NCBI GenBank assembly: GCA_964016885.1
Contig: OZ024743.1
Span: 30,690,001-30,754,000 of the forward strand
Source of the DNA: Eledone cirrhosa
Lineage: Eukaryota
DNA: 64,000 bases
Direction: 5' to 3'
The position numbers and the translations under genes are program-made. Numbering within the stretch: position 1 is the first letter of the stretch; every line of letters begins with the position of its first letter. This document shows positions 50,278 to 64,000 of the stretch, in pieces. The notes beneath the pieces are model-generated. The model made no database searches. It was given only the letters and a program-made list of their open reading frames with translations, and had not been told where the DNA came from.

Positions 50278-53235
50278 GACAGAACTCATAGACAGGGACA
50301 CGGTTACTGGAAGCTCAACTTGTCTTTACCGGCAAGTAAGGCTTACAGGGACCGGATTAGCACTTTAGTTAAGGAGCGGTTGACGGGCGCCATCGTCAAC
50401 AGCAAGTGGTGGGGATCTCTCAAAAGAGAGATTAGAGTAGTCTCTATAGAAATAGGAAGGAAAGGGAGTTGGTAGATAGTGTAGAAGAGGCAATTAGAAG
50501 TGGCGACGTGACCAGAGTGCTAGCGTCGAGAACGGCCCTGGGCCAGTTCTTCGACGCGAAACACGAAGGCTGCATCGTCCGAAGCAAAATACGTGCTCTG
50601 GGAAACGAGGGGACCAAAGCTGTTAGCTGGGCCCGCGTGACAGAAGCCAAAAGAGGGAGCAGATCCACTATCCGGTCTTTGTGAGACCAGAATGGACGGG
50701 TGATCCTTGAACCTAAGCAGATGTGCGAGGCTTTTCAAAAGCACTTTGCCGGATTGTTCGTAAGGGGCGGGGGGCCGGTTGGGGATGTGGACTTCGGTCC
50801 ATACCTCGACGGCCTGCCGCGTCTCTCGGGCAGGGAGGCGAAGTCCTGCGAGGAGCCGATTTCAGCCGCTGAGATAGAGGACGTGCTGAGCCAATGCGGC
50901 AAACGCAAATCCCCGGGTCTCGATGGTCTTCCATACGAACTATATCTAGCTATGCCGGACTTGTTCCCCGATCTCCTCGAGGCGGTTTACTGCAACAGAA
51001 CGGGAGAATTCCCTTGCTGTGACCAAGGGCGTAGTCACGCTAGTGAGGAAGGACGAGAACAAGGGGGACGATATAAATAATTTCAGGCCCATAACTCTGC
51101 TAAATACAGATTTACAAATTTTGGCCAAGGTGCTAGCAAAGAGATTGGCGCTTGTCGTGGGCAACCTGGTGGGAGATGCGCAGACATGTGCTATCCCGTC
51201 CAGGTCCATCCACGACAACCTCCACCTCATGCGATACATCATAGAGAGGATTGGGAACGAACCCGGCTTTGGTGGGGCCCTGATCAACTTGGATCAATCT
51301 AAGGAATTCGATAGGGTCGACCATGGTTACCTGGATTCGGTGCTAGCGGCGGCAGGCTTCGGACCCGTTTTCAGAGGCTGGATCAATGCCATGCACAGCA
51401 GCCACATCTGCTCTAGTGTCAAGGTGAACGGCTACCTCTCGGAGCCGTTCGAAATCGCGCGGTCCATCCGACAGGGGTGCCCTCTCTCCTCCCTTCTGTA
51501 TGTAATGACTCTAGAGCCACTGCTGCGGAAGTTGGAGTTGTTGCAGGGCATCCCGTTGGAACCGGGATTGCGGAAAGCGGTGTCAGCCTATGCCGATGAC
51601 GTAACAGTAATGGTGTCGACGGCCTCGGAAATCGGGGCGATCGGCACCTGACTGGAGGAGTACGAAAGGTTTACAGGGGCTAAGCTGAACCGGGACAAGT
51701 CGATCGGTCTGCAACTCGGCACGTGGAGGGGAAGATCGATGCCCTCCGATGGCGTCGTCGGGCGCTGGACGGAGGGCCCGGTGAAGTTGCTCGGGGTCTG
51801 GTTCGGACCAGACCTCCAAGTGGAGAAGAACTGGGGTGAGGTAACGAACAGGGTGTTTGCACTGACCCAGAAGTGGGCCGAGTGCAAACTGTCCCTGAAA
51901 GGTCGGGCGGAGGTGGCGAACACTTATATAGCGTCCGTCATCTACTACCGCCTGACCGTTGTGCCTTGCCCAAGGGAAACGCTCGGCAAAATGGAGCGCG
52001 CACTCTTCCAATTCCTTTGGAAGAAGCGGGCTCCTATGGTGAGGAGATCCATCTGCTGTCAACACCCTTCGAAAGGAGGGCTGGGGATGCCGTGGCTAAT
52101 GATACGTAAACACGCATTAAGACTACGGCACCTCCAGGTATTCCTCTCCGGGCAACCGGTGTGGGCCCCGTTTGTGAGGCGAGCCTTTCCCAGACTCGTC
52201 TCACTCACCGAGTTGCCAATCCTGGGTCAAGCAAAGACCGAGAAAACTGGGCGCCTGGCACACCGAGTGTGCCCAGGCGCTCACGGCTCTCTGGCAGGCG
52301 GACCCGGCTGTCAGTGGAGAATCCACCTCGTCATTCTATAGAGGGCTGGTGGTTAGCAGGTGCGACGACGCCCTCGGAGAAGTCCTAGGCATGGAGGAAG
52401 ACGAACTGGCCAACCTGTTCGGTAGGACATTCAGCCCGGGACCCATGGACAACTTCCAGAGGTCCCTGGCCTGGCAATGCTACAGAAGGTCTCTGCCCGT
52501 TCGAGAAAGGCTCTACAGACACGGGCGCCTGGGTAGGGACCCATCGAAAAAGATCTGTCCCAGATGCGTGTGCGACGAGGAAACCGTTGCACACGCATTG
52601 GTACACTGCTCGGGCATTGCCGATCTGTGGGGATATGTAGAACAACTGCTGTCAAGGGTGGGACCGATCCGGTTGACCACCGAGTCTATTGTAACGATCA
52701 AGCCGCCTCCCTCTTCAAAAACGAAGGAGAGGCGGTGTTTCTGTGCGTAATAGCCATGGCGAAAGAGGTTGTATGGTGGACGCGTCTGAAAGGACTGAGG
52801 TCAGACACCTTTCTCTCTGGCCAACAACTGGTCCGTTTCTTCCGATATCATTTCGGAAGAAGGATCAGGATGGAGAGGGAGGTGCTGCACCCCAGCCGTT
52901 TCTATGAAAGATGGTTGAAAGTGGCGAGAATGGCCCGTGTGAATGGGCCTTCACTCTACATCAGACTATAGGTGAGGAAGATGAAAGACCAAGGGAGCAC
53001 CCCTTCTCTGTGCTCCTGAGGAGAAGGGTTGCACACTTTTTTCGGGGGTGTGTGCGACCCCCCAAGGCGCCTCCTCTCTATTGAGGACTTTGTTATAAAT
53101 TTTTTTTTTGTTATATTTTATTTTATTTTTATATATTGTTATTGCCTCCTCCTTATTGAGGACGCCTTGTTTCGTAAACTCCCCCCATTGTACTTGTCCC
53201 ACTTGTGATGCCCTGGTGGCAAATAAAAGAAACAT
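50276..53235 (+). mobile_element. Tx1 LINE subfamily C, 5'-truncated (RT + Cys domain), disrupted
   Basis: GYWKLN, KSPGLDG, FRPITLLN, RQGCPLS, AYADD, CPRC; starts and ends directly in (TCTA)n. Confidence 0.93.
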
Positions 53236-53261
53236 ATCTATCTATCTATCTATCTAACTAG

Positions 53262-53336
<75 letters not shown>

Positions 53337-53341
53337 GATAT
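53235..53341. repeat. (TCTA)n-AC-(TAGA)n strand-switching microsatellite
   Basis: Direct reading. Confidence 0.95.
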
Positions 53342-53845
53342 ATTTCTTTATTAGCCACAGGGGCACAAAAGAAGGGGACAAATACAAAGGGGGAAGTTTA
53401 CATACAATAAAAACGTGTAAAATGTTATCACAGATGGAATGTAAAAGTTAGTCGATTTTCCCCAATAGAGGGAGACAGTTTATATGGGTAACACATACCC
53501 CCGAAAAAAAATGTGAAACCCTCATCTCCAGGAGTACGAAGAGCTTGTACTCCTTTCCTCTCCTCCTCCTTTTCCTCAACCTACAGGCTGATATAGAGAG
53601 AAGGCCCATTCACTCGGGCCATTCTCGCCACTTTCACCCACCTTTAATAAAACTTGCTGGGGTACAGCACCTCTCTCTCCATCCTGATTCTTCTTCCAAA
53701 GTGGTATTTAAAAAAAAGAATCAGTTGTTGGCCGGAGAGAAAGGTGTCTGACCTCAGCCCTTTCAACCTTGTCCACCATACAACCTCTTTCGCCATAGCT
53801 ATCACACAAAGGAAAACCGCCTCTCCTTCGTTTTTGAAGGTGGGT
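53342..53845 (-). mobile_element. Tx1 LINE subfamily B, short 3' fragment
   Basis: Near-identical to the reverse complement of 20630-21135; (TAGA)n on both flanks. Confidence 0.9.
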
Positions 53846-53847
53846 AT

Positions 53848-53875
53848 ATAGATAGATAGATAGACAGATAGATCT

Positions 53876-53946
<71 letters not shown>
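53848..53946. repeat. (TAGA)n
   Basis: Direct reading. Confidence 0.97.
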
Positions 53947-56134
53947 CGGATTTGCACACGTGTACGCATTATGCATTTTTATTAAGAGAGAAATGTCTAC
54001 TTGATATACGTAAACACATATTTACAAATATTCGTATTGCGTTTTTTTTTACCGATGTAGAAACAAGAGACAGTCTATTTCCTTAAAATCACACATGACA
54101 TACATGAGATTATCTGCAAGTATCTTACTGGTATTTGCAAGTATCTTACTTTTACTTCATTTCTGGCCTGTTAGTATTAATACATAATTAAAATAAATGA
54201 ATATGTCGATGTACATGATATACATAATGGTTTTTTAACGCTTATATAATCATGAGTACGAAGGATTTGCCTTGTTTTCGTGTTGAATAAATCTGAATTT
54301 GCTACTCTACTGACAGCGGTAATGATACTAATTTCCTCTCAATGAAACTGTTAATTAAACTGGAAATTCTACAAATTGAGATTGAGGTCAAAAGTTTGGA
54401 AAGGTGGGTTTTAATAGGAAAAGTAAATTTTGTGTAAAAACTAACTAATCACGACTAATATCCGAAAAGGATGACGCCATCACTACTGACCTCCGACATC
54501 CACTACATATTACATAATTCGCTATTAATGCCCGGTAAAAATAAAAGGCAATCCATAACCACGTGGTAAATATCGTAAATACCTGAACCGGCTTTACACA
54601 TCCTTTTGAGTATACCTAACACGAAAGAGTTTGCAGGATGCTTAAATATGCTAAACCATTTCACGCTATGCTACACAAATATATTTACACATATATGTAT
54701 ATTCGAACGATTTCCATATTCTTTCCCAACGACATTGCTCTATACTAGAGCAATGGTTTAACGGTTCCACATTATGGTGATGGATATATTATATTTTCTA
54801 ACATATTAAACTAATAGCTGACGTCAATGGTACATGTCGTATAATAAACGCAGCAACTAATTGAACCAATGTCGATTGACCACCATTTGATCAACATACC
54901 AAGTTAAAAGATGGGCATGTAGGAATAAGGTTTCATGCTCAACAACTTTTATTCTTTAAGTTCTTTATTGCCGATGTTAACCTTAGAGTCTCTTAACTAA
55001 TCCCCTCTAAATATATACTATATAAATTATCACCTACTATATGTGATCCCTGGCCAATTGCTGCTATAAAATATGAAAAGCACTAGGTCCACTCTGTATA
55101 CAGATGTTCTCGTAGTAAACCGAGCAAAAATAATGGCCGGCCATATATCTCTGCTTAAATGCCAAACTAACATGTTAGTAAGTCACACTGATACATAGGG
55201 CATTTTCTACCACACCACCACTCTTATCAGAAAATATTCAGTAGACGTTCTGATTAACTCAGCTAACGCTGTTCTACTAACACGGAATTTATTGTGTTTT
55301 ATCAATTGGATCGCAAGAAGATTTGGGATGTTCTTGCAGAAAGCATGACGAGGCGTGTGATATCAATTTTTGTATGAAAAATTCAAAGAAACAGTAATGC
55401 ACGAAACAGATATATGACAATCTATCCAACATAGAGAATTTTAACATCAGCAATACCAGTCTAGATCACACCTCTTTGAGTATTTCCATAGGACGGTAAA
55501 TACAGATTCAAAATCACAGGTCTCTGAGGTGTAAGTGATTCTTCCCGATAAAAACCTGTATTGTATGCAATACCATTCTAATAGAATAATGGAAATCAAC
55601 GATATGTTTGCTATATCATATATTTAATTAATTCACTGGCTTCGTTTAACAAATATAATTAAAAATTCCCAGAGTGTGGGCCTTCATTTCTATGACGACA
55701 TGTATTTAAACACATTCGTATGTGTGCGCTTTACAGAAAATAAGTCGGTGTCATAGATTTATATATTTTGTATTCATACACTTTTATATTTCCTTAAGAT
55801 ATTTTCCAATGTGTTCAAGCTTCGAATATGTTGTATCCATAAACCTTTTCGACAATGATGGTAGCGTTTTCGGGATAGAATAATTAGTTTGAAAATTAGT
55901 TCCGAGAAAGTGCAGAATAATTGATAGCCTTGGAAAACTTAATTAGCAAACAACATTGTAAAGTTCGAGTATGGAATTATGAAATAAAATATTTAGAAAA
56001 ACCGATGAAACTAGAGGGCTATCGTGTTCAATATATTATAATGATGTGGAAGGAAGGTTACTCCCAATATCTCACCAAATTTGTATATACACACTCACAA
56101 ACACACACACACACACACATATATGTATATGTCT

Positions 56135-56202
<68 letters not shown>

Positions 56203-56509
56203 CAATATATTGTGGTTTCTTTTTGTGGTTGCATGCATATTTTCCTGGTGAATATCGTAGATATTCAAACAGTAATATTATAGTTTGTCATTTATTTTTC
56301 GGCTATTTCTTTCTTACATTCCCCACCTCTGTTGAAAATAATGCAGCACACTTCTCAATTTTTCATATAAAGAGCACAGCACGAATCGCCAGAGACTAGT
56401 ATTTATTTAATGGATTCGTTCATTATTGGAAATCACAATGTAGTGGGAAGTAATTAAATTCCCGAAGGTATAATCAAAGGTTCTCTGCTAATTCTCCACC
56501 CACATCATT

Positions 56510-56815
56510 TGATGGTGGTGGAGTTCTTGATGATGATGATGATGGAAATAGTAATGATAAAGATGAAGACATTTATAATGATATGTACGATGCTGTTGAT
56601 GATGATGATGTTGATGACAACTTCGAACAAAATATTAATGATGAAAAATGTATTAATGTTTTGGTGATAATGATCATGCTTATCAGAATAATTAAGATGC
56701 TGATAATGATGATAATGGTGATGTTGATGATAATAATATTGATGGAGATTGTCAATGTACCATTATCATCAGCATCCCGCTTGGCATGTTATTTAGGATG
56801 ATTATGATGATTATG
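56510..56815. repeat. Degenerate (GAT)n low-complexity tract
   Basis: Direct reading. Confidence 0.8.
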
Positions 56816-57018
56816 CTAACGAAAATGATGGTCACATTTCTCATGATATTATACATGATGACTCTCCAAATTGAGAAAAAGTAACACGTCATGGTAAGGC
56901 TATAACGAATTATGAATACCTAACAATCAACTATCGAAAATAGAATTGCATCGACAGTATTTGAATTTCCAAGAGAAACTAAATAACACAAGCATGTATG
57001 ATAGATTCTGCAACGCGT

Positions 57019-57083
<65 letters not shown>
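57019..57083. repeat. (CTA)n
   Basis: Direct reading. Confidence 0.95.
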
Positions 57084-57122
57084 ATGATATTATTAATAAT
57101 AATAACCATAATAACAATCAGA

Positions 57123-57298
57123 ATTGTTTCTACATTTGACACAATGCCAGCAATTACCCCAGTGCATTACTGGTGCCTTATTTTATCGACCCTGTAAGGA
57201 TGAAAGGCAAATCTAACATCGGTGGGATTTGAACTCAGAACATAAAGGGCCATAACTCTATGCCGCTAAGCAGTTTGTCAGACGTTCTGCCGATTCTA
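57123..57298 (-). mobile_element. tRNA-derived SINE (OK-like)
   Basis: Family match. Confidence 0.85.
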
Positions 57299-57479
57299 TA
57301 ATAATAATAATGCGGACTAATTATAATAACGCAGTGCAGTGTCGGTTCCCTCAATTTCAAGATCTGAGGGTTCCATTGAGTTGTTTCAAACACGCTCTAG
57401 AGATAATATTAGAAAACATTCCTAGCAGCTGTGGCACATCATCAACATTAAACTCATTTTGTGTGAAATGGAAAAACAT

Positions 57480-58850
57480 TGAAATAGAAATAGCAGCTTA
57501 AATACTGCTGGAGACAATAATGCTAAAGATGTGGTGATCGAAAGTTATCCTCCATGCGTTTGGTCACCATCCAACTTCTGCCAGAACAGAATAGTCGAAG
57601 AAGCTGAATGGAATTTGAGTAGATCTGTCAATGATGGGGGATAGGTTGCAAGAGGTTACAGAAAAAGAATGCATATCTGGAAGGAGAGATATGAGTTAAA
57701 AGTAAAGGAACAAATAACAGGTGACTATTAGCCGAGCATTCTTGCGAATGTTTGGCTAATATTTGTTGAGTTTGAAAAAATAAAAGGAAAGGATATGCCT
57801 GTAGAGTTCACAGAGATGACGATGATCATGAGAGGTTTGAAATCGTGACAAATTAGATGAACGAGAGGGAGCTTTAAAAAATGAAAAAAAAAAAAGAGAA
57901 TAAGGGGATGCTTAACGGAATCATAGAGACAATGAAAGAGGGTAAAATGAACCAACTAAAGGAAATGAAAAAGGCAGATAGAATATCTCAGAATGACATG
58001 ACGGAAAAGTGAACGAGGTACTGAAAAAAATTTGAAAGAAAATATATCTGAACAAAAATTAACTTATTGATGCTACGATTGTGTTTGTTTCAAGAAGAAA
58101 TAGGATTTGTAAATCCATCGAATGGGAAAAACATAAGAACCATGGCGGAAGAGAAGAATTAGAGTATGTATTAACGAAATAAAACATTCCTGTCTTAACG
58201 ACATCACAACTTTCTCCGCTTGGCCTGTTTCCCCCCTTTTGGAACTTTTCCCCCGTTGATGGGCGTTAGCCCGAAATATTGGGATTAAATCTCTACTACG
58301 GTAACCCTTCTACCTTTGTTTTGTTTTCATCTTTGTCTCTCTCAATTTCACTTTCACCTGTTTTTCCTATCTATATTTCACTTCCTACCTCGAGATTTCC
58401 CTTTGCATTGTTGTGGCTTTCTTAAATACGTATTTTTATATATTATCATGTTTTAACATAAAATGCGAAGGGAAGTATAGAAGAACAATAAACATATTGA
58501 AAAGAAGTATAACATATAGAAGAATGGTAAAATTGGTGAATCAAAGCACAGCATGAGAAGATTTGAACGAAGTAAACAACAATACAGAATTAATATAATC
58601 TTTCAGTATAAGAAAAGTGTTTATCAAGAGCTGGGGTGTAAAATTAAAAAGGAAAGAGTGACGCAGGCTGCTGAACAAAGCAGAAAGTGTTTAGTAAAAA
58701 AAATCTGGGACAATATTCGGATGGCTAAAATCCACTATAGCGGTTTTAATGAAGAGAGGTTAAACCCAACTCAGTTTTTGATACAAGAGTTCATGAAATA
58801 CAATTTGCTAACTGCTCAGTTTAAATGTAAAAGCAAACTGTGACATAATT
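57480..58850 (+). pseudogene. Heavily decayed N-terminal part of an R4/Dong ORF
   Basis: EPWRKRR (~58138) and RRFERSKQQYRIN..F (58553) match EPWWKKR and RRYENRVSQYKQNRMF of the 38457 ORF. Confidence 0.6.
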
Positions 58851-58970
58851 GCCTTCCTCTATGTAGAACAATTAAAACCGTTTAAAATAATGATTAAAAA
58901 CATAAATGAGGAAACAAAAGAACACCATGATACTATCACACAGTCAGTCTACTTTAACAGCTAGGTCTGC

Positions 58971-59260
58971 TACACAGACGGGGCACAATCAAACGAGGGA
59001 GTTGGTTGTGGAGCAACTTGAACTTTCAAAAATAAATACAAAGATATGAACTTCAAATTACATTGGCATTACATTATTTTTTATGCAGGGGAATTACATT
59101 ATTGATAGATTCAGCAAAGGAAATTTCCTGAAAAATCGTGTTCTGTTAGTGATAGTCTATCGAACTTAGAAAATCTTCAGTCAAGAAATAGGGGTCGGGT
59201 TAAAGATATTAAGAACGCTCTGCTGAAGATAGATAACGACTTACAAACATGGAGGATATG
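58971..59260 (+). pseudogene. RNase H relic of an I-group/R1-type LINE
   Basis: YTDGAQSNEGVGCGA ... IF.A.EL ... SDSLSNL order matches the RNase HI D-E-D motifs of non-LTR elements. Confidence 0.5.
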
Positions 59261-59749
59261 GAAATCACTCTAATATGTACACATGTTATGAAGAGTACTC
59301 TCTATTCATTAGTACAAAAACCAACACCAACACCAACACAGCACATGCCTACAGCTTACAGATTTGATCTTGGTAAAGCAGCAAAACATGATGATAACAA
59401 AACATGATAATATAAAAAAGGATAATTACAATAATACGAAAGCTGAAGTTAGATAATTAGTCCACAATCACCCATACAAGCACTCAAAGTAGACGAAAGA
59501 GCTAAAATGCATCATAATCAAATGAAAGAGTAAAATAGGAAGGAATGATATAGAAGACTTATACATATAGTTAAAACTGAATTTAATGCTAAAATTAGAA
59601 TAAGTAAACACAAGCTGGCTACATCAGTTATAAACAGCAACTTGAAATTGATAAACTTGAAACCATATGAGTTGAAAATGTAGACAGAAATACCTAGAAA
59701 ATGTCGATGGCGTACTGGAGACAAAACCTTGAATCAAACATAAACAATA

Positions 59750-59858
59750 TTTACCGCCGAGGTTAACTTTGCCTTTCATCCTTACGGGGTCGATAAAATA
59801 AAGTACGAGTAATGTACTTGATAATTGTTGGCCTTGTGCCAAACGTAGAAACAATTAT
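59750..59858 (+). mobile_element. tRNA-derived SINE (OK-like), 3' half
   Basis: Family match. Confidence 0.82.
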
Positions 59859-60779
59859 TTACCTAATCTGTCGTCTTGAGGACGTTATATAACAAAAGAG
59901 AAAACTATAAAATTAAATCATTTTATTTGAAAATAGATAAAGGCTGATACATTTAATGAAGAAACACGGAACAAATAAAAACACTTCTCCATAAACAGGA
60001 AACAATAAATATCAACCTGAAATAATCTACACTGCAACAATATATTTAAAGAGAATTACATTATGTTTTCTGTGCATTAAAGTGTGGACATAAATCCAAC
60101 AACATGAGAATACTCATTCATCATCGTTACCTTAATGATACAGGCTCAGAATGTGTGAAAGAACGCTCTCCCGCGGACCAAACAAAAGGCGCAGGCCCTC
60201 TCATCGTCTCGGCAGTCAGAATGGAATACGCATTGCTTTGCGGCATAGAGAGCGGGAAGAATGCAACACAAATAGATAGAAAAGAAAATTGACATGGAAA
60301 CGAAATTACAAAACATAATGAACGAGACAGAGCAATTCGCTAGAGGTAAATCAAAAATGTCGCTGAACATCAGGATTAAAATAAGAAACGAAAGCATTGA
60401 TTTTCGATGCACAGAATTTGTTTTGCTAAAAACAACCATCAGAAGTTAATAGTGAGACTAGATCCTAACAGTAAATGGAAAATATCAACCAACACAATTG
60501 GACAGCTAACAACTTCGACTCAGACAGCCGAGTCCTTGCAGACGTGATCGAGTTAGCATCTATATCCACTGGACGACATACTAAAACGTCGACATGTAAA
60601 CTAAAAAGAAATGGCATAAATGTGTAACAAATACGGCACACGGCATTAACATCGCCACAATTATCTGTGTTTTGCCAATTTAAATGGTACAAAAGTAAAT
60701 GAAGTCAATGCGTTCATTGAAATTCTGGAAAAATACTCATGCATCCTGATAAAATTTCCACACACTTCTAACCAAAATA

Positions 60780-61900
60780 TTACCTGAGAATGTGAAAGAA
60801 ATGTAAGTATAAAAGGGCCGTAAAACTAATGTCCCATTAGATCCTATTAACGTTTGATTCGAAATTTCACTTTGTCACGTACTAGATAGAGTATAGGCTG
60901 TCGCACACTCAGCACCACACATAACCAGGACAGTGTAGACGTTATGAAGATCTACTTTACAGCAGATGACATAATCATACCTATGTTAGGAATATGGGTG
61001 AGTCCAAGTAACGCCATAAATTTGCTCCAGATGGCCACTTAACTCAGTACGAATGGCAACCCCTACAATTCGCACACTATTCCCATCCTCAGGCTTACAC
61101 TTCAAGAAAATGGTGAAACCCTCTTCCGATTCTGGCAACTGATACTAACCACCCAACCTTGTTTCAGAGTGTGCAGCTATAACAATACGATGCCGAGGCA
61201 ATTTCTCTATCAAGCCTGTTCGAGGTTCAGGATTACGGGGCACGCAACAGTCAAAAGGTGACCTTTATGTTCCAAATAACGACATTTATTATGTACACCC
61301 TTTAAAGTACTTCTGGGAATTTGCCCCGCTAATATAAATCACTGCCAACCACAAGTTGTTGGCATGTTTGTCGACTGAACAGCCTTCGTTTAAGTCAGAT
61401 TTTCTAGAATGTTCCCTTGTGGTGTGGGGGAGCAATGCAGTCGCAAAAAGAGCTTAGCAGAGGCTCAACTCAGATTACTGTGCAGTGACGTTAGGATAAG
61501 ACACGGGCTGTCCATGTGTAGATTTCTGACTATGCTCTTCTAACCAGTCGGGTCTGCATGCCTTGCAACTCGTCCATCATTGTGGGACTTGTGAAGAAAT
61601 ATCTGCACATAAAGATCAGCAAGCTACGTGATAGGGCTACACATATAGAACCCACTCGTATCTATGTGCCCAGTGACAACGCAAGGGAGGATAACAGGAC
61701 AGTTACGAGGGTCGCATGTATTATTGTCATGGAGTTTAATTTCTCCGGTGAGTGTAGCTGTACACACACTGTTTGGTCAATTCAAAGTTAGTGAGGCTAT
61801 TTAAACCATAGTTAGGGATAATAGCCGTTGACACTATCGGGTTCAAAATACATGTGACAGCACTTTTACCTACTGTGTTTCCACGTAACATCCTCGCGAG
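60780..61900 (+). pseudogene. Very decayed Ty3/Gypsy integrase relic
   Basis: Successive fragments LLGI....HCQPQVVGM (cf. YHPQ.NG.VE), LECSLVVWG...KEL (cf. LPLVLLG.R..KEDL), YVPSD, YEG occur in the expected order. Confidence 0.4.
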
Positions 61901-62064
61901 AGTCTGTTTGATGAGCCGGTCTATCCGCCGACTACCCGACTATGAAGTAGATTGTACTGGAATACCTGGCACCAGTAGCTAGTAGAGACGTGATCTGACA
62001 GTATATATACTCACACATATACACACACACAGAGAAAAACTTTTCTATTCCTATAGAATGGTTT

Positions 62065-62109
<45 letters not shown>

Positions 62110-62113
<4 letters not shown>

Positions 62114-62525
62114 GATAAATCTACCAAAAGTTTACGGTAGTGTCCAATCCGTATGAAGAACTCAATGTAATCCGGATATCATGGAAAGAAGAGATGCAAT
62201 GAAAAATCACTTTCGGTGAAAGATAAACGGAATACAGAGTCAAGATAAAATATTAAAAAAATAATGAATAAAACAATGAAACAGTTCCTTATATTAAACA
62301 AAAAAAGTTCATTATTTAACGATCGTTTCTGGGATATATGTGTTCGAATTGGCATGTATATTTAACAGATCTATGTACAATTGTATAATTTTGTACATAG
62401 ATCTGTTAAATATACATGCCAATTATAACACATATATATCCCAGAAACGATCGTTAAATAATGAACTTTTTTTGTTTATTATAAGGAACTGTTTCATTGT
62501 TTTATTCATTATTTTTTTAATATTT
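62110..62525. mobile_element. Fold-back non-coding element in (TA)n, same family as 26627-27017
   Basis: 62248-62380 is inverted at 62390-62525; GAAAC-GATC-GTT motif in both arms. Confidence 0.78.
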
Positions 62526-62547
62526 TATATATATATATATATATATA

Positions 62548-62762
62548 GTAATAATAATAAATTTGAAGACTAAAATCCAAAGAAGGCTCTATAAGGATAA
62601 ATATATATCACATATATAACAACCGTAGAACAAGTATTTATTAAAATAACAGATTAAAGTTTAAACAAAGAATCGCTGCTGTCACCTTTAACGGGATCTT
62701 CTGAAGATCCTGTTAAGGGTGAAAGCAGCGATTCTCTGCTTAAACTTTAATCTGTTATTTTA

Positions 62763-62768
<6 letters not shown>
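62548..62768. mobile_element. Fold-back of the Nematis-like pLTR end
   Basis: 62548-62703 matches the reverse complement of 25764-25918; re-inverts at 62701 (CTGAAGA...GAAAGCAG..CTGCTT). Confidence 0.82.
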
Positions 62769-62857
<89 letters not shown>

Positions 62858-63110
62858 GACATAGATAGATAGATAGATAAAATAATATATATAGCTGTAA
62901 GGACAAGGCTTCCAAAGAGACCCCTTAATTTAAGAATAAATATTGGAAATGTTCGATGCCACTGATATTCCCGAAGGGGACATATCATATGGTTGATAGG
63001 TATCAAGAAGTGAGCAGAATACGGACTATCCGCGAGTAACAGAGCTGCTAGAAGAAACTTCAGGCTCTTCTTTTACTCAATCATGATGGAGAATAGAACA
63101 AAATTATAGA

Positions 63111-63995
<885 letters not shown>

Positions 63996-64000
63996 ATATA

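Overview
AT-rich, microsatellite-dense animal DNA, almost entirely retroelements. The tRNA-derived SINEs and CR1-type 3' tail resemble those of octopus/cephalopods (inference). No confident host gene. Contents: several L1/Tx1 LINEs (two near full length), R4/Dong RLE-LINEs (one with an open 1132-aa ORF), Penelope-like elements (PLEs) of three apparent clades, a CR1 relic, decayed RNase H and Gypsy-integrase relics, and about 9 SINE copies. Three patterns stand out. (1) Many short non-coding fold-back elements in (TA)n carry hammerhead-ribozyme motifs, including a U3-A8 covariant core and an extended-stem-II form, and their fold-back points cluster at or just 5' of the ribozyme core. (2) Retroelements partition strand-specifically among microsatellites: PLE in (TA)n, R4/Dong in (TAA)n, Tx1-A and the SINE in (TTA)n, Tx1-B/C in (TCTA)n. 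(3) The SINE's 3' end mirrors the Tx1 3' end. All calls were made by eye; element boundaries are approximate.
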